Below, piece by piece: positions 1 to 13,045 of a stretch of 58,956 bases of DNA (position 1 is its first letter; each line of letters opens with the position of its first letter). The position numbers were made by a program, and so were the translations under genes. Under the pieces are notes generated by a model. The model was not told the origin of the DNA. It worked only from the letters and a program-made list of their open reading frames with translations, and did not search any database. The stretch is from assembly GCA_034780895.1 (NCBI GenBank), contig JAUZTB010000017.1, forward strand, positions 21,685,307 to 21,744,262. The letters run 5' to 3'. Source of the DNA: Rhynchobatus australiae (Eukaryota).

Positions 1-1219
1 TAAGTTTAAGCAACAGACATTCTTAAAGTAAAATCCCACTCTCATTTCAAACNNNNNNNNNNAATTAATTTTAAAATTAGATCCCCATTGAAATAGTGAG
101 AGCTATTTAAATTTAAAGTAATTAAATCAGGACAGATACAGGAGTATTAATCTGTTGGCACTTGGTTTTGATTGATAACACTGCTGTAACACATACCCAA
201 ACCAGGAGGCCCGAGAGTGGTAAAAAGCCTCCATCCTTCATTCCTCTGTCACCAAGAGACAGGGCAGGTCAGAGCTCCAACAAGGAATGTGGTGGCAGCA
301 GGGGTGATTAGCACACTGCTCATCCCTGCTCCACAGTAATGCTTCCCACCACCTCCCAGAAAAAGTGATGTTTTGTTTGATTGTTTATGGGGAACTTTGT
401 ATAAATAGGATAATATTTATATTTTTAAAGCGGCTATAATAGGAAATGAACTATATTAAATNNNNNNNNNNNNNNNNNNNNNNNNNNNNNNNNNNNNNNN
501 NNNNNNNNNNNNNNNNNNNNNNNNNNNNNNNNNNNNNNNNNNNNNNNNNNNNNNNNNNNNNAACCTGAGTCCCTTTCCTTATGTAAATAAGAGCCCTTGT
601 GCCTATTTAAGACAGCTATCAGGAACACCTGAAAACTTGCCAAACTCTACCTTCCTCGGTAACTCTTTCAGCCATCCTTTGGATATTGGCCTCATCACAA
701 CTATACAATAGGTATATCTGGGTCAAACTTAGACCCCATTTTAATCAACTCTTGTTGACTTAATGACTTAAAGCATTAGAATTTTACTTAATCCTTCCCA
801 AATTGCTTCAGATAGCTGGTGAATAAAGTCAGCTTAAAAAGCATCAAATATCATTTTTTTAAAAAAAGTTCGAAGTAAAATCAGTCTCAAAGTAAAGATA
901 ACAAGGGTTTTAGATCTGATGCAAATTATTAATACTTCCACATTCTCAGCAAAACTAAAATAAAACCAGAATGGTGCTCCTTCCAAGATAAATGGTTTTA
1001 GACAAAACAAACAGAAGGTCCTGTTTCTCAGAGTTCTCTGGCAAGTATAGTCAAGCATATAATGACCCCTGACCTTTGAACCCAACTCACCTCTGAGGTC
1101 TCCAAGACTGGCAAGTAACGCACTGGGAATCCTGAAGAAAATGTGTCGGCTCCACTGTGTCACGTTTCTACTCAGACACAAGCAGCACCAACAGCCATAA
1201 AAAGGTACAAACCCATGGC

Positions 1220-1330
1220 CCGACTTTCATTTCCTGTCGGCAGCGCTGGGACTTTCAGAGGAAACCATAACACAAAATAAGCAAATGTATGAACAAGTAT
1301 TTCTTCATGGAAAACAAGATGGTGACAGTG
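1220..1330. promoter_or_regulatory. candidate enhancer/alternative promoter (ETS-IRF composite, kB-like and NFAT-like motifs)
   Basis: tttcatttcc at 1225-1234 is GGAAATGAAA on the minus strand (EICE pattern GGAANNGAAA). gggactttca at 1248-1257 is a 9/10 match to GGGACTTTCC. atggaaaa lies near 1307. Several CpGs are retained in a CpG-poor background. Motif evidence only. Confidence 0.3.
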
Positions 1331-4300
1331 GTGGTCAGAATGTTTAGTAAAGACAACTACCTTCACAACTAAACAAAAACCAGAACTTTAAAGCCTAAAC
1401 TTGCAAAAAAAATTAAAGAGAACAAAGGTCACTATCCTATTTATTGGGATTTACTGGTCTTAAGTGATATATCCCTTCCTGGTTGTTGATTGCTTTCACG
1501 CATCAAATACAAAAGTCAGATAAAATAGCAAATGGTTAAGAAGATGTGTACTCTGTGGGGGTTTTACTTTTGGTAGGCAAGGACTATTTGGACTTTGATT
1601 AAATACTCAAATACAGCATGACTGCAGCATTTGAAATCTTACAGCACTGGAGAAAACCAGCAGTAAAGTGTCTCGTAAACATTTTCTAAATCCTGGCAAT
1701 AAAGTGACTAGATTGGCACTGCTCCCCTTAAAATATTGATCCAACGCAGGATGTTTTCAGTTTTTAAAAAACAACTTGAAATTCAAGAACTGTATACTTA
1801 AAAATGGAAGCAAGCAAGTAACTGCTAGCACTGCCTAGTTATTGTAAATACAAATTCCCTAGTGCAGGGATTTATTTTGACTTCTCAGTTAATTCTGTAT
1901 TAACATACAGGTATGAGCATGATCATGGCAGTAGTAGCTTATTAATAAGGAACTTACAGGGAAGCCCCCAAGACATTAGATACCCATGGGACTGTTAAGC
2001 AGAGTGCGCTTAATCAGTTCCATTGGGATGTGTAATTAACCTTGCAATGGTAGGACCTAATGACCCAAGAGCCATTGCCTTACTCAGAATGCTACCAAAT
2101 TGGGTTCAACTTTACCTAATTGTTTGATCAGAAGCTCTGTGGGAATGCCTCTCAGTGCACACAATATTAATTGTGTGTATAACAAAACTAGATTACAAAC
2201 AGTGGTGCATCACCCTGGACGCTCATGTTTCTAATGTCAAACTCAATACCATTCATTGTACAAATGCACAAACCTGTTGCATAACAGTTACTACAATTCA
2301 AAAGTTAAACAAAACCATTTCCAACAAAAAGAAACCACAGCAGGTTAAGTGTAACAATGAAACTTAAACAGGATGAAGTGCCCAGGAAGATATTCAGGGT
2401 TTAACCTTGGGATCATAATCCTGCTGTCAAGCCAGGAATGTGACGATCACAACAGCTCTGTAGGGACTCGGCAGAATGAGAATCTCCCATGATGGGAGGA
2501 GTTAGGTATGCATCAAGGTTAAGCTGCCTGGCACAAAAAGTTAATTACATATAGAGTCAATGAAAGTTGCTCATCTTTTCCTTTAGCTTAAAGCCATCTA
2601 TTATACCACCAAAAACATTTAAGGCACCTTTACATGAGAACAGGATTTCCTGACTCAAGATTCATAAGAGGATGGAGAGCTAAGCAGTGAGAAAGTTTGT
2701 GACAGAACATACATTGTGCTCAACCATTAGAGTTATCCACTTCCTAACGGAAGTTTCTTTATCACAGCACAATAAATATATGAAGTAAAGGAATATGTAG
2801 AAAATTTAGTTGCATTACTGAGATCGTACCCTAGCTTGTGAAAACAAAAAAACATAATGAAATGAATGTAAAATGGATCAAAGCAGGAAAACAGACCACT
2901 TCCTTTTACTTTGCAAGCAGCAGCAGGCTTGGTCTTCATTTCCCATAACTACTTCTTGCTTGTGATTCTTATGGCAGAGAAAGACTCTACCGAGTAAACC
3001 AATATCTATCACATTATCAGCCAATCTTAATACTTAGTAACATGCAACTGCTTCTCTAACTGCACAAAATGCATCAAGGACTACTAAGAATCTCATTAGC
3101 AGTAACTACAAATTATAGCCCACCCCAATGTACAAGACCATGTCTTGTGGTAATCCTTGACTGAGTGAAGAATTTAACTAGGCATTTCAGGAAAGGTGGA
3201 AAGCAAATCAAGGACCTTTCTCCCCAGATTTTAAGTTCCATTGAGCTAAGAAAGGGCTGTCCCTCAATCCTGATGGACATAAATATCCCTACTTTTAAAA
3301 ACATATGTTACCATATCACCACACTGTGTCAAGCAAGAATATTGGATTTCAAGAGCTTTTAGAGTTATACTCAATTAACTCATTAGGTCACCAGTTCTCT
3401 GCACCACCAGGTTACAAGGCTATAAAAGGTTAATGGGGGTTCTCTGGGATTAAAGGCAGTCTTCAGGAGAAGAAAGGTGCAGTATCCCCTACTGGATATT
3501 AATACAGGATCAGCTCACTGTTCTTGCCAAAAGACTGCAGACACGTGACTACAATGCCAACAGTAAGCAGCTTGTTTATCTGACTTCCAGGCAGAAGTAC
3601 TCAAACTATAAATAGGTTGGATCAGTCCCAACACTCAAGAGTTTAACAGAACTGTAAAGGTAACAATGCCTGAAATGATTTACAGCTTGAGCCCTCGTTA
3701 GCAACACAACTTGCAAACTTTTTAAAAAGCACATTATCACCAGAAAATTTACTTACATTCAGACAAAACAAAATGTCTGATAAGCTTACTTTGAAGATAC
3801 CTTCCAGAATATTTTAGATCTGTGTGGAATATTAAAACAACACCTGAAAGACTCAGGAGACCCCTCTTTTGTATGTGAAACATGCAAGGATTGCACAATG
3901 TCTCATTGGTCTCAACAGGTCCCTGAGACAACTTCTTTTAATTGTTGACATTAAATAGTTCATCGAGTAATGCAAGATACGAACTTGGGTCAAACCCAGC
4001 TTCAATATGCAAAGGAGGAATCCTGTTACATTTAAAATGTAACTTAGGAGACCCTACAGACATTATTGTCTGTGAAGAACAAATAATGTTCTAACGCAAC
4101 ACTTACTAGACATCCTATAAGATTTGGAATGCTTGTGCATGGCAAATGCAACTTTATAAAAATATACATGGGCATTAGATTAGCTTTCCTCCTTCGCACC
4201 ATCTTTTTGTTTTATTTTTCTGCACACCAGATGTCATCCTGAGTCAAATTCAGTGACAGATGTGAGGCTTTAGATTGCAGTGAGTCTTTACTACAGAGAA

Positions 4301-4864
4301 GAATCTAAATATAGCAGAGTGTGAAGTAGGGTGGAAAGAGGAGGAAGACAATGTCATGCAGGTGGAGAATGCTTCTAAAATCCATGCACCAATGAGCCTG
4401 GTACAGAACTTCTACTTTTCTCCTTTTCAAAAAGTTAGATATTAGTTTTTTTAGTTTGATTGACCATTGCTGAACACTTACTGCATTCCTCCAGGGAAAA
4501 TAACACCATCAGTTAGCATCACGGCCCTCACTACAGTAAAGGAAAGTTTATAACATGGGAATGTGGAGCAAATGAGGAGCATTAGTTTTTGTTTGCGATC
4601 GGCTAGCCCTGCATAAAGACTGAAACCCATCCTTTCTTGATCTATATGACTCAAGACACTTATTAGACAAATTCAACACTCACAAATACCCTGTGCATCT
4701 TCTATTTTCTGAACAATGAGCTTTATCTTCAGATAAGAGGGTCATGCATCCTAATCCCCCTGTGTGAGTTAATGAGTAAGAATAAGATAAAAAAAAAGAC
4801 CACAATCAGCTTTCATAATAAATTGGCTCATATCAGCTAAGGAACAGTGAGTTAATATACGAGA

Positions 4865-4960
4865 TTGATCAGAATCAGATTTAATATCACTGACATGTCG
4901 TGAAATTTGTGTTCATAAATAGTGCAAAAGAGGAATAACAAGGCAATGTTTATGGATACA
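4865..4960 (-). mobile_element. 3' tail fragment of a Rex1/L2-group LINE
   Basis: The minus strand ends ...acatgtcagtgatattaaatctgattctgatc, a poly(A)-signal-like motif plus a ctgatt repeat tail. This resembles the tail at 26760-26815. Confidence 0.5.
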
Positions 4961-5231
4961 ATTAGGCTCCATGCTAGGGACAAAGTGAGGAATTCTGGCT
5001 TCCTGACCAATCAGTAACTCCTTCCGTTAAGCACCGGGTGAGGAGTGGGGTGGGCTTCACTATTACAGTGCCTGTGTTCACACAGCTTGTTCATGACTGC
5101 ACAAGATAGTGGGGGCATTTCAGACAGGCAAGCTGTTGACACACCTTTAGACACCAACATGATGCAGAGTTCCTCAACTTCTTGATTAGAAAAGTTGGCT
5201 GGTGTGGACAAAGTACAAATTAACTTGGACA

Positions 5232-5251
5232 GGGCAGGGGAGGGGCTGGGG
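5232..5251 (+). other. canonical G-quadruplex motif
   Basis: GGG-CA-GGGG-A-GGGG-CT-GGGG: four G-runs with 1-2 nt loops. Confidence 0.6.
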
Positions 5252-5727
5252 AAAATAACTGTAAAATATCTTATAATAGCCCTTCACTTTACTCAGTCGT
5301 ATAATAGCAAAAAAAAATCAGATACATCCAAAATTAAAGCAATGAGACATTACAACCTGCGACTCACCACAACAATTGGCCTCACATTAACAAACCGTGC
5401 CACAGTATCATTTTTGAAAGCCTGCCGACACAAATAAACCTTGCACCTTTTCACACCAATGAAATATTCAGTATAAATAGTCCCTTATATGAACAATAGG
5501 TTTCCATTTTCTTCTAACTAGCTTTGGTTTCAAATCCTTATGTAAAACAAGTCCCTTTCCTTGCTTTGTTCCATTTCCTTTCAGGTTGGGAAATACACCA
5601 ACACGTGGCAGTATCAGGTTGCAGATGTGATGTAGACAGCATTAAGGGCTCTCTCTGTCACTGGACAAGAAGAACTCCTGCCTTCAATTCTCCTACCCTG
5701 ATGCTGATTACGAAATGCTGATATTTA

Positions 5728-5804
5728 GCCCCCGGGACACTCTACTCAAAAGATGTATTTCACTGTGTGTTTTGATGTACATGTGACAAATAAAGATATC
5801 TTAT
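5728..5804 (+). mobile_element. 5'-truncated copy (3' end) of the SINE at 34066-34358
   Basis: aaagatgtatttcactgtgtgttttgatgtacatgtgacaaataaagatatcttat nearly matches the reverse complement of 34065-34120. Confidence 0.8.
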
Positions 5805-5871
5805 AATCGACATTCAATGATTAGAAAGAAGTGGTTCTCCAATGTAACTATTCATATTGCAAATCCAAAAT

Positions 5872-5920
5872 ACTGACAGTTTATTCTTCCACAGATGCTG
5901 CCTGACCTGCTTTGAGCAGT
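5872..5920 (+). mobile_element. Penelope-like element end fragment
   Basis: tgacagtttattcttccacagatgctgcctgacctgct matches the reverse complement of 58271-58310. Confidence 0.55.
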
Positions 5921-7359
5921 CTCCGTTCTTCTAACTCCTCATGCTGTTGTCTTTTCCAAATCATCAGAGCACACCCTCAGTTTGTATGTATACGCAAATA
6001 CTTTTTTTGTTGTTTTCCTGTTATCTATTCCTAAAAAATTAATCCAACTTTGAAACCAATNNNNNNNNNNNNNNNNNNNNNNNNNNNNNNNNNNNNNNNN
6101 NNNNNNNNNNNNNNNNNNNTTGCAATGTCTTAGTTCTCTGATGCTGGATATACCCAATCTGTTTTGCCATTATAAGATTAGGCAAAATGAAGACCCTTAT
6201 GAGAGTTATACAATTTGTTCCCTCATTTCTTCCTCAACTCTCTCGTGCTCCATTCAATTTAATTTGCATTTTCTCCACTCCAAGGCAGACAATGAATACA
6301 CCAAGTCTGTGCTAGAGATAAAATAAGATGCCCTAATGGTCGCATTCCACCATGGCNNNNNNNNNNCAGTGAAAAAAACACTTGACTTACAGAGTTAGCT
6401 CAATATCACATGAAGTTGACATTTCCTTTCAAAATTAGGATGGCCTTTAACTCAACATTGCCCAATCCCAAATCCTTCTGCAATCTAACCATTCACCATT
6501 AAAAGAAATTTGAGGGCAGAGAATGGGGAGTCAAGAGCTTAGTTATTTTGTTTAATTAAAAACGTACCAGTGAACCAGGCCTTGAATTGGGTAAAGATAA
6601 TAACTGGTAATGGTTCAGAGGTTGCAGTGAATTAAAAGGTTTCCTCCTACATACCATGAGTATTTAAATTCTGGATGAAGTCCATTATAACACTTGAATT
6701 TAAAGAACTAGAGATGATTATACAGAGAGAGGAAAAAAAATCACAAAAATGGTCATAATACATTTGTTTACCTTTAATAGTCAAGATTAACAGTAAACAA
6801 ATTCTTATGCAGTTATTATGTTTGCAGTTCTTCTGAAAATTAAGTCAAGTGACGTTTGAATGCCTATTGCCTCTTGCATCCCAGTAAATACATAAACTCA
6901 AAAAGGTTCCACAATTGACTTACCATCTGTGCAACAATATATTGTCAGTTCATTGTATGTAAGAACTTTTCTTCACTGTACAAGCATTGAATGCACAGTT
7001 AAAGTTAATTTTGTTCAGGACAGCTATGCCTGGTGCACAGTAATAGACGCTTCCAGTTGCATAAAATTACCCGAATTTACTCCAGGGTGTCTGTGCACTG
7101 AGAAGTGAAGCAGCAAACAAATGCACCGTGGTGCACGTTGCCAGCTGCCAGATTGAACCTACAAGCCCACCCATACAGGCCGGAACAATGTGTTTATTAC
7201 AATCTTGGATTGGATGAACCTCACATCCCCTGCCAACCTTCAGGCAAAAGCTTCAATTATAATGTTGTTCCCAGTTCCAATGTTATGTAAATTGGATGAG
7301 TTTAGAAAGCTAGCATTCCAAACAGATTGCACCCAGTGATACCCAACAACTGAAACAGA

Positions 7360-7490
7360 TGATCAAGTTATTTATTGCATTGTGGGATACTACTGTGTAC
7401 AAACTGACTGCCACATGTTCTACACCACAAAAAGGTGGCCAAGCTCCACTGGTTGTAAAGGGCTGTGAGATAAAAACAAGTCTTTTGTTT
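7360..7490 (+). mobile_element. Deu-domain SINE 3' half (SacSINE1/AmnSINE1-like)
   Basis: attgcattgtgggatactactgtgtacaaactgactgcc...ggttgtaaag is similar to 31320-31350 and 51720-51760. Confidence 0.5.
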
Positions 7491-8659
7491 AAAGATTATA
7501 AACACCACTACAGTTTTACACTTCAGTTGGGAGTGGGTAAAGTTGTAACCAAGGTCACTTTTGCCTGGCCTGTTGTCATCTGCAACTCTTTTTGCTCTCC
7601 AGTATCAGGTGCACTGTGGTTGGAACTGGTTAAATAGCTGACAGGAAAAAAACTTTACCATTTACATTTCCAGTTTTTGCACGTCCAATTCACTGTGGGG
7701 TTTTGTTACATTTTGTGTCATTAGTGTCTTAATCTCCATGACATTTCAAATTTCTACTCAATTTAAATATGAATACAGCTGAATTTTGAAAAGCACAGAG
7801 TCTAAGTAATTTGCCAAGAAATGTTCATCCCTCAAACAGGCTTCTGCTGAGCTCAGGTATAAATCTAAACAGGACTCCACTGCATCGCCGGGATTTAAAA
7901 CTAATCTTCAGAAAACATTTTACCATATCAGCGCTGCCCACTCTTTCCAACAAAAAGGGAGAAAATTACAGAGAGCCACCTGCTAATAGCAGATTAAATT
8001 AATTACAGGTTAAATACTTATCACTGATCACTTAGTGATGGCCAGTAATTTATTTCTCAATGAAGCTTTAATGCCCGATTTTGTAAGCGGTTATCAGTAA
8101 GGTTATACTCCAACTAGCATGACGACATGACACTTAAAATGAAAATGGGCTGGGCAGGGGGTAGGAGAGGTTACAGAGTAGTACAGGAGGTGGGATTTAA
8201 AAATTAATTCCACTGACCAATTGGAGCCTGTTTCCTGGGTACCCACATAGTACTGCCATGGAACAATACCATAGGCTGCCATAAGGTATGGGTAAAGGAA
8301 ATTAAAAGCTTATCCAATCATTTCTTCCATAGTAATCATTGCTTGAANNNNNNNNNNNNNNNNNNNNNNNNTCCAATACAATTGTCATTCTTTGGAAACA
8401 ACCAACAAGATGTCTCTTCAGCTTTTTTATTTGCATTCACTGCCCTCACATTGACGCTATCACATGCTAAGGCACTACCAAGTCAGCGTTGATTCTGGTG
8501 GCCCAGTTGACTAACTCTCCCAAGACCATCTATCACTAACCACATTTTGAACCTGCTGCAGAGATATGCTGATAGCTTTGTGGATGCTAGCTGACTTCCT
8601 CTGCTTCTCTTTCTTCTCATTGTACCCAACACAATTCACTTAGACACCAAATCAGAGTC

Positions 8660-8785
8660 TAGGGCGTAGGAACAGTCCCTTTGCCCCACTACGTCCATGC
8701 TGACAATCAATATCTATCTATACTAATCCCATTCACCAGCACTTGGTCCGTGGCCTACTGTCCCTTTGCAATTCAAGTGTTCCTC
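8660..8785 (-). mobile_element. CR1 LINE 3' end fragment
   Basis: gtccatgctgacaatcaatatctatctatactaatcccattcaccagcac...attcaagtg is collinear with the CR1 tail at 14235-14347. Confidence 0.75.
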
Positions 8786-9154
8786 CACTTTATTATTTAC
8801 CTGCATAACTTGTCCAAAGTAGGATGCCACAAGTGCCAGCTCTCCACTGCTCTCTCACCTGAATGGATATGTTCCATGCAAACTGCTGCACAGAAATTAT
8901 CCATAGATTATTCCTCTTTTGAAGCCTGTGGGTTGGTGGGTAGGGGTGCTGTGTGTTCCTCTTGTTGTAAGCACATGGCATCCAGTTGCTACCACTGTGG
9001 ACATCAGGGAGCTCGGTATCTTCCTGGATGCTGCACCTCTATTTTGAGTAGTTCTGCAGAGAAATCCCCAAGTGTTTTCTGTGGCCCTTATGGAAATGTC
9101 TTGCCACGGAACTCAGAGTTTGCTTCAGGAGTCTGAGGTCAAGCAAGATGGTGA

Positions 9155-9330
9155 CCTTGGTAGGCTAATCAGCTTCTGTAATTACTCCAAGAGTAGGTGG
9201 ATAGAAGGAGAATCAGGGTACTGAGGCGCATATGAGGGAATTGGTTAGAGGAAAATACGTAAGGAATGGGATTGCTCCAAGAGCCAGCATAGGGTTGATG
9301 AGCTGAATAGCTGCCTCCTATTTCAGAAGG
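9155..9330 (+). mobile_element. SINE 3' half (HE1/V-SINE-like, CR1-type tail)
   Basis: ggtaggctaatcagcttctgtaatt...atgggattgctccaagagccagcatagggttgatgagctgaatagctgcctcc parallels 33022-33185. Confidence 0.5.
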
Positions 9331-12300
9331 AAGAAAAATGAGAACATTGGAGACAATAAGTTGTGGCATGGAGTCCAGGTGAAATGTTTAAAAGACAGTC
9401 TTGGTTGCGGAGATCTTTGAAGTGCTCCTTCCAACCACCACTGTCTGCCACTCCGTCCTTGACAAGCTGTCACCATTCTCAGCTCCATTATATCCACTGA
9501 ACCATCACCGATGGTTATTAAACTCAGCCCCCTTGTTTTTAACATTGTTTTCTGGGCTGATTCGTGCTAATGATATTGTTCCAGGAACTGAATGGGAGGT
9601 GGGACCTGGTCCAAAGGGAGTCAACAAGTCAGTTTCACAATGGACACAAACGTGAGGGGAAAAAAATTACTGTGGTGTGAATTGAGCTGTTGATTCACAA
9701 TCAACTCACTCTGAAACACTGGTATTGACCAGTTTTATGCCCACTGTTTCTGCCTTAACAATGAAGCAACTGAACTAACACTCATTTCCAACCAAATAAC
9801 ATGACTGCAGAAGCATTTTGGGTCTGTATTCCCTCCTCTTCATAAGTCATCTCAATACCTCTTCAAGTTTTTACAAAGTAATTAAAAACCACAGCTAAAA
9901 ACAAGAATACCAAAAGGAATGAACTCCAACAAAAATAATTCAGAAGCATTTTGTAAATGATTAATTTCTGAAGCACTAATCATTCTCTGAAGGCTTGNNN
10001 NNNNNNNNNNNNNNNNNNNNNNNNNNNNNNNNNNNNNNNNNNNNNNNNNNNNNNNNNNNNNNNNNNNNNNNNNNNNNNNNNNNNNNNNNNNNNNNNNCTC
10101 TGAAGGCTTGCAGGGGAAATCTGAGAAATCGATGGTGCTGACTCAGAGATGCACCCAGCAAGAACACAGAAACAAGCATTAAGTTACAATGTGGTTGACA
10201 GACTTCTTCCCTAAATTTCTAACAGCCATTCAGTGTTATAGCCATCCAGTACAAATAAGAAAGATCAAGTTGTAGATTGTGGGTAGAACTGAAGAAGTTT
10301 TGGTACAAAGCTGTGATGGGTACCTTTTTAGCATGTATCTGATCCACTTCATCTTTATCATAAAACAAAAAGGACACATCTGATAAAGCAACCTTCAACT
10401 CCGCTTAAAGAATCTGGCATGGCTATCCCAATCCTTTCCATTAAAATAAATCCAACATGCACTCCAGTGCACAATCTGCCCTAGTTCCTTTACTTCATCT
10501 TAATGATTCCTTCTACCTCAGTGCTAGCTATAGAGCACAAAACTAACAACCTTGGCATAAGATCAAACAATACAGCTATTAGATTTGTAATGGTACAGAG
10601 AAGATGTACTGGATAGAAATCCACGTGGAGTTTGACAAATTTTATATTTATATGGTTGTTGCACTTACTGGAAACCCAAAGACTATTTAATACTCCATCA
10701 CCAGCACAGTTTGGCCTGCCTTTAAATAAAAGCCTCTAAGGTCTGGCAATCTCCCTAGTTTACAGTTTGCACTAGCTAGAGTTGGCAGATGAACACGAGT
10801 CAGAAGGGACCAGATTTCCAGCATCTGCTTAATATGTTATAATGCAGGAAAAGTAAAGAAAATGGGTCACTTTGGACATTTAATCTGCAAATACTAGTGG
10901 GGACAAGTGAACCAGGCACACGTCCAGGTTTGTGTTCAGTAAGCAATGAGGGGGCGAGAAAAAGTTGCTCTGTAATGATTGTCCACAGTTCATATTGGCA
11001 TTTATGCCAAGTAGCAGTAAAAGTAGTTACCTTATAACTCTTCAGTCATCACATATTTAAAGACTATGAAATAATTTGCTTACATCTACAACTATAAATT
11101 CCTCTCAATGATACCCAATCAGCACTACAGATATGATCCTCTCCAGAAAACAAATCCATGCAATACTGAAGGTACTTCCTTTGTTGAAATTGCAATGCTA
11201 TCTATGACCTGTAATAAATGGGAATAGCCAATACTATAGAGAAAATTACATTCAGTCTCATTCTTATCTGCAAGTCATTAATTTGTGATAAATGAATTAT
11301 TGCAACTATTGCTGAAATTAATGCTATTCATAAAGTAACTCTAAATAGTTTAGAGTGAAGCTGTAATGATTAAGGAGTTCAATGTTTCTATCAAATATTC
11401 TCTAAAAACTCATTAAGTGTAAACTACTTCACCCTCTATAAGTGTATAAAACTGTCTTCTCCTTCAGTAATTTATTACACCATAAGACAGCTCATGGCCT
11501 AAACTATTACATGCTTCCAATTAGCTGCTTGCAGCTTTTCTCTGAAAATTTAATGAGATAACACCATATAAAGCTGCTGACTTAAGATACTGAGCACAGC
11601 TCTAGTATCAATGCAGCCGTTCAGCAAAACACACTTCAGCTTCCACTAAGCTGCATTTTGCAACTTCTATTTAAAAATAAATTACATTTGAAGCAGTCAT
11701 GTTTGTGGTTTAAATGGAAGTCTTCCTTTCTAAAGAGATTAGAATGTTTCAAAGAAGGTCAAAGTCAGAAGAAAGCAAAAAGAAAAACAATTAAAACCAT
11801 GGCTTTAAAAAGAAACACTTTTTAATAAAGACTCACTGATAGCACAGCAAGCAGGTTAATCAAGCCACAATCGAAAGCCTTTAGTTACTTCAGAATTTAT
11901 TTCATTACAAATTTCATCAAATTTTAATAAGGGTATTAGAATCAAACTCACCAGACCACTATTGTGATTTATTTCAGTGCATCCCACAGAGACAATGCTC
12001 CCGAATGAATGGTTTAAAATCGTTACTGTACCAGAGGCCTAAATGCTGAAAGCTCAGGTCTACTCTTGATTATCTCTGAAAAATTAATTAAACCACTTTA
12101 AGCTTAGATGACTCTATTTTAATTTATTTTCTTGGCACCCACTGACACAACTGAGGCTTCACTATATTGAATAGTTTTCTTTAAAGCAATTGATCAATGG
12201 CAGTTGTTGATTCTGAATACTGTGGTGCATTTGAAGGTGCACAGCCAGAAAGAACACGGGAATATTGCAGTAGGAGTAGACAACCTGGCCCCTGGTAGTA

Positions 12301-12829
12301 GGCTACAAGCAACACACGATCCCACCACAATGGATTTTACAACACGAGGGTCAAAAGTCTATCCAGGCTCATGAAACACTGAGGTCCTGATGCACACAGT
12401 TCTTTCATGCTTTTGCAAGAATTGCAAAACCACCCAGGCCTTCAAGTTATACTGACAAACTCATATGAATATTTTCAGTGGCAAGGTCAGCATTTACTAA
12501 AAATCACTATCAAAATATTCTTTCAATGTACTGTACATTTGAATCAAAAGTTTACCATTTTAAATCTGCCTTAGGATAGGTAGAGGATACAATTCACCCT
12601 GGTTATTTCTTTCCATTTCCCATTCTTAATTTCTGCTTTTCCTGCAATCATTGCCTGTTGGACCAAGGCCAATGTCTCACGTGCACACATGTTCACACTG
12701 AAGTGCTTTTTTTTTTCCTTTTTACCACTCTCCAATAAGAGGAAGCAAGAAGAAAGATGATAACAGCATTAACACCCGCAGCCAGCAAGCCAGTTCAGGC
12801 AGATAAAAATAACCATGTTGACTAATAAT

Positions 12830-13045
12830 AGTATCTTCAACATTCAAGACTTAACACAGCACTTCAAAAATCGATGCAAGAGTTAAAGAAAGCGAAATGG
12901 GTGGGGAGACCAAAGATGTGGTGAAAGATGTAGGTTTCTGGAAAGTTTTCAGAAGAGGAAAGTTGGAAGGAATTTTACAAAAGGAGAACCTGGATGGCTG
13001 AAAACTCTGCAGGAATTACTTGGGTAAAGGGAATGAGTCAGAGTA
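12830..13045 (-). mobile_element. old L2-like LINE 3' fragment
   Basis: Purine-rich segment (accaaagatgtggtgaaagatgtaggtttctgg...ggaattttac...ggctgaaa) similar to 16970-17090. Confidence 0.45.

Noticed and set aside
564-628. Minus-strand exon-like segment (ttttcag|GTGTTCC...CTCAG|GT), VFLIAVLNRHKGSYLHKERDS
   Set aside because: The donor is truncated by the N-gap and the peptide is unrecognised.
3757-3843. Minus-strand exon-like segment VVLIFHTDLKYSGRYLQSKLIRHFVLSE
   Set aside because: Modest acceptor, weak exonic donor context (AAT|GT), unrecognised peptide.
11074-11208. Minus-strand AG...GT bounded segment
   Set aside because: Stop codons in all three frames.
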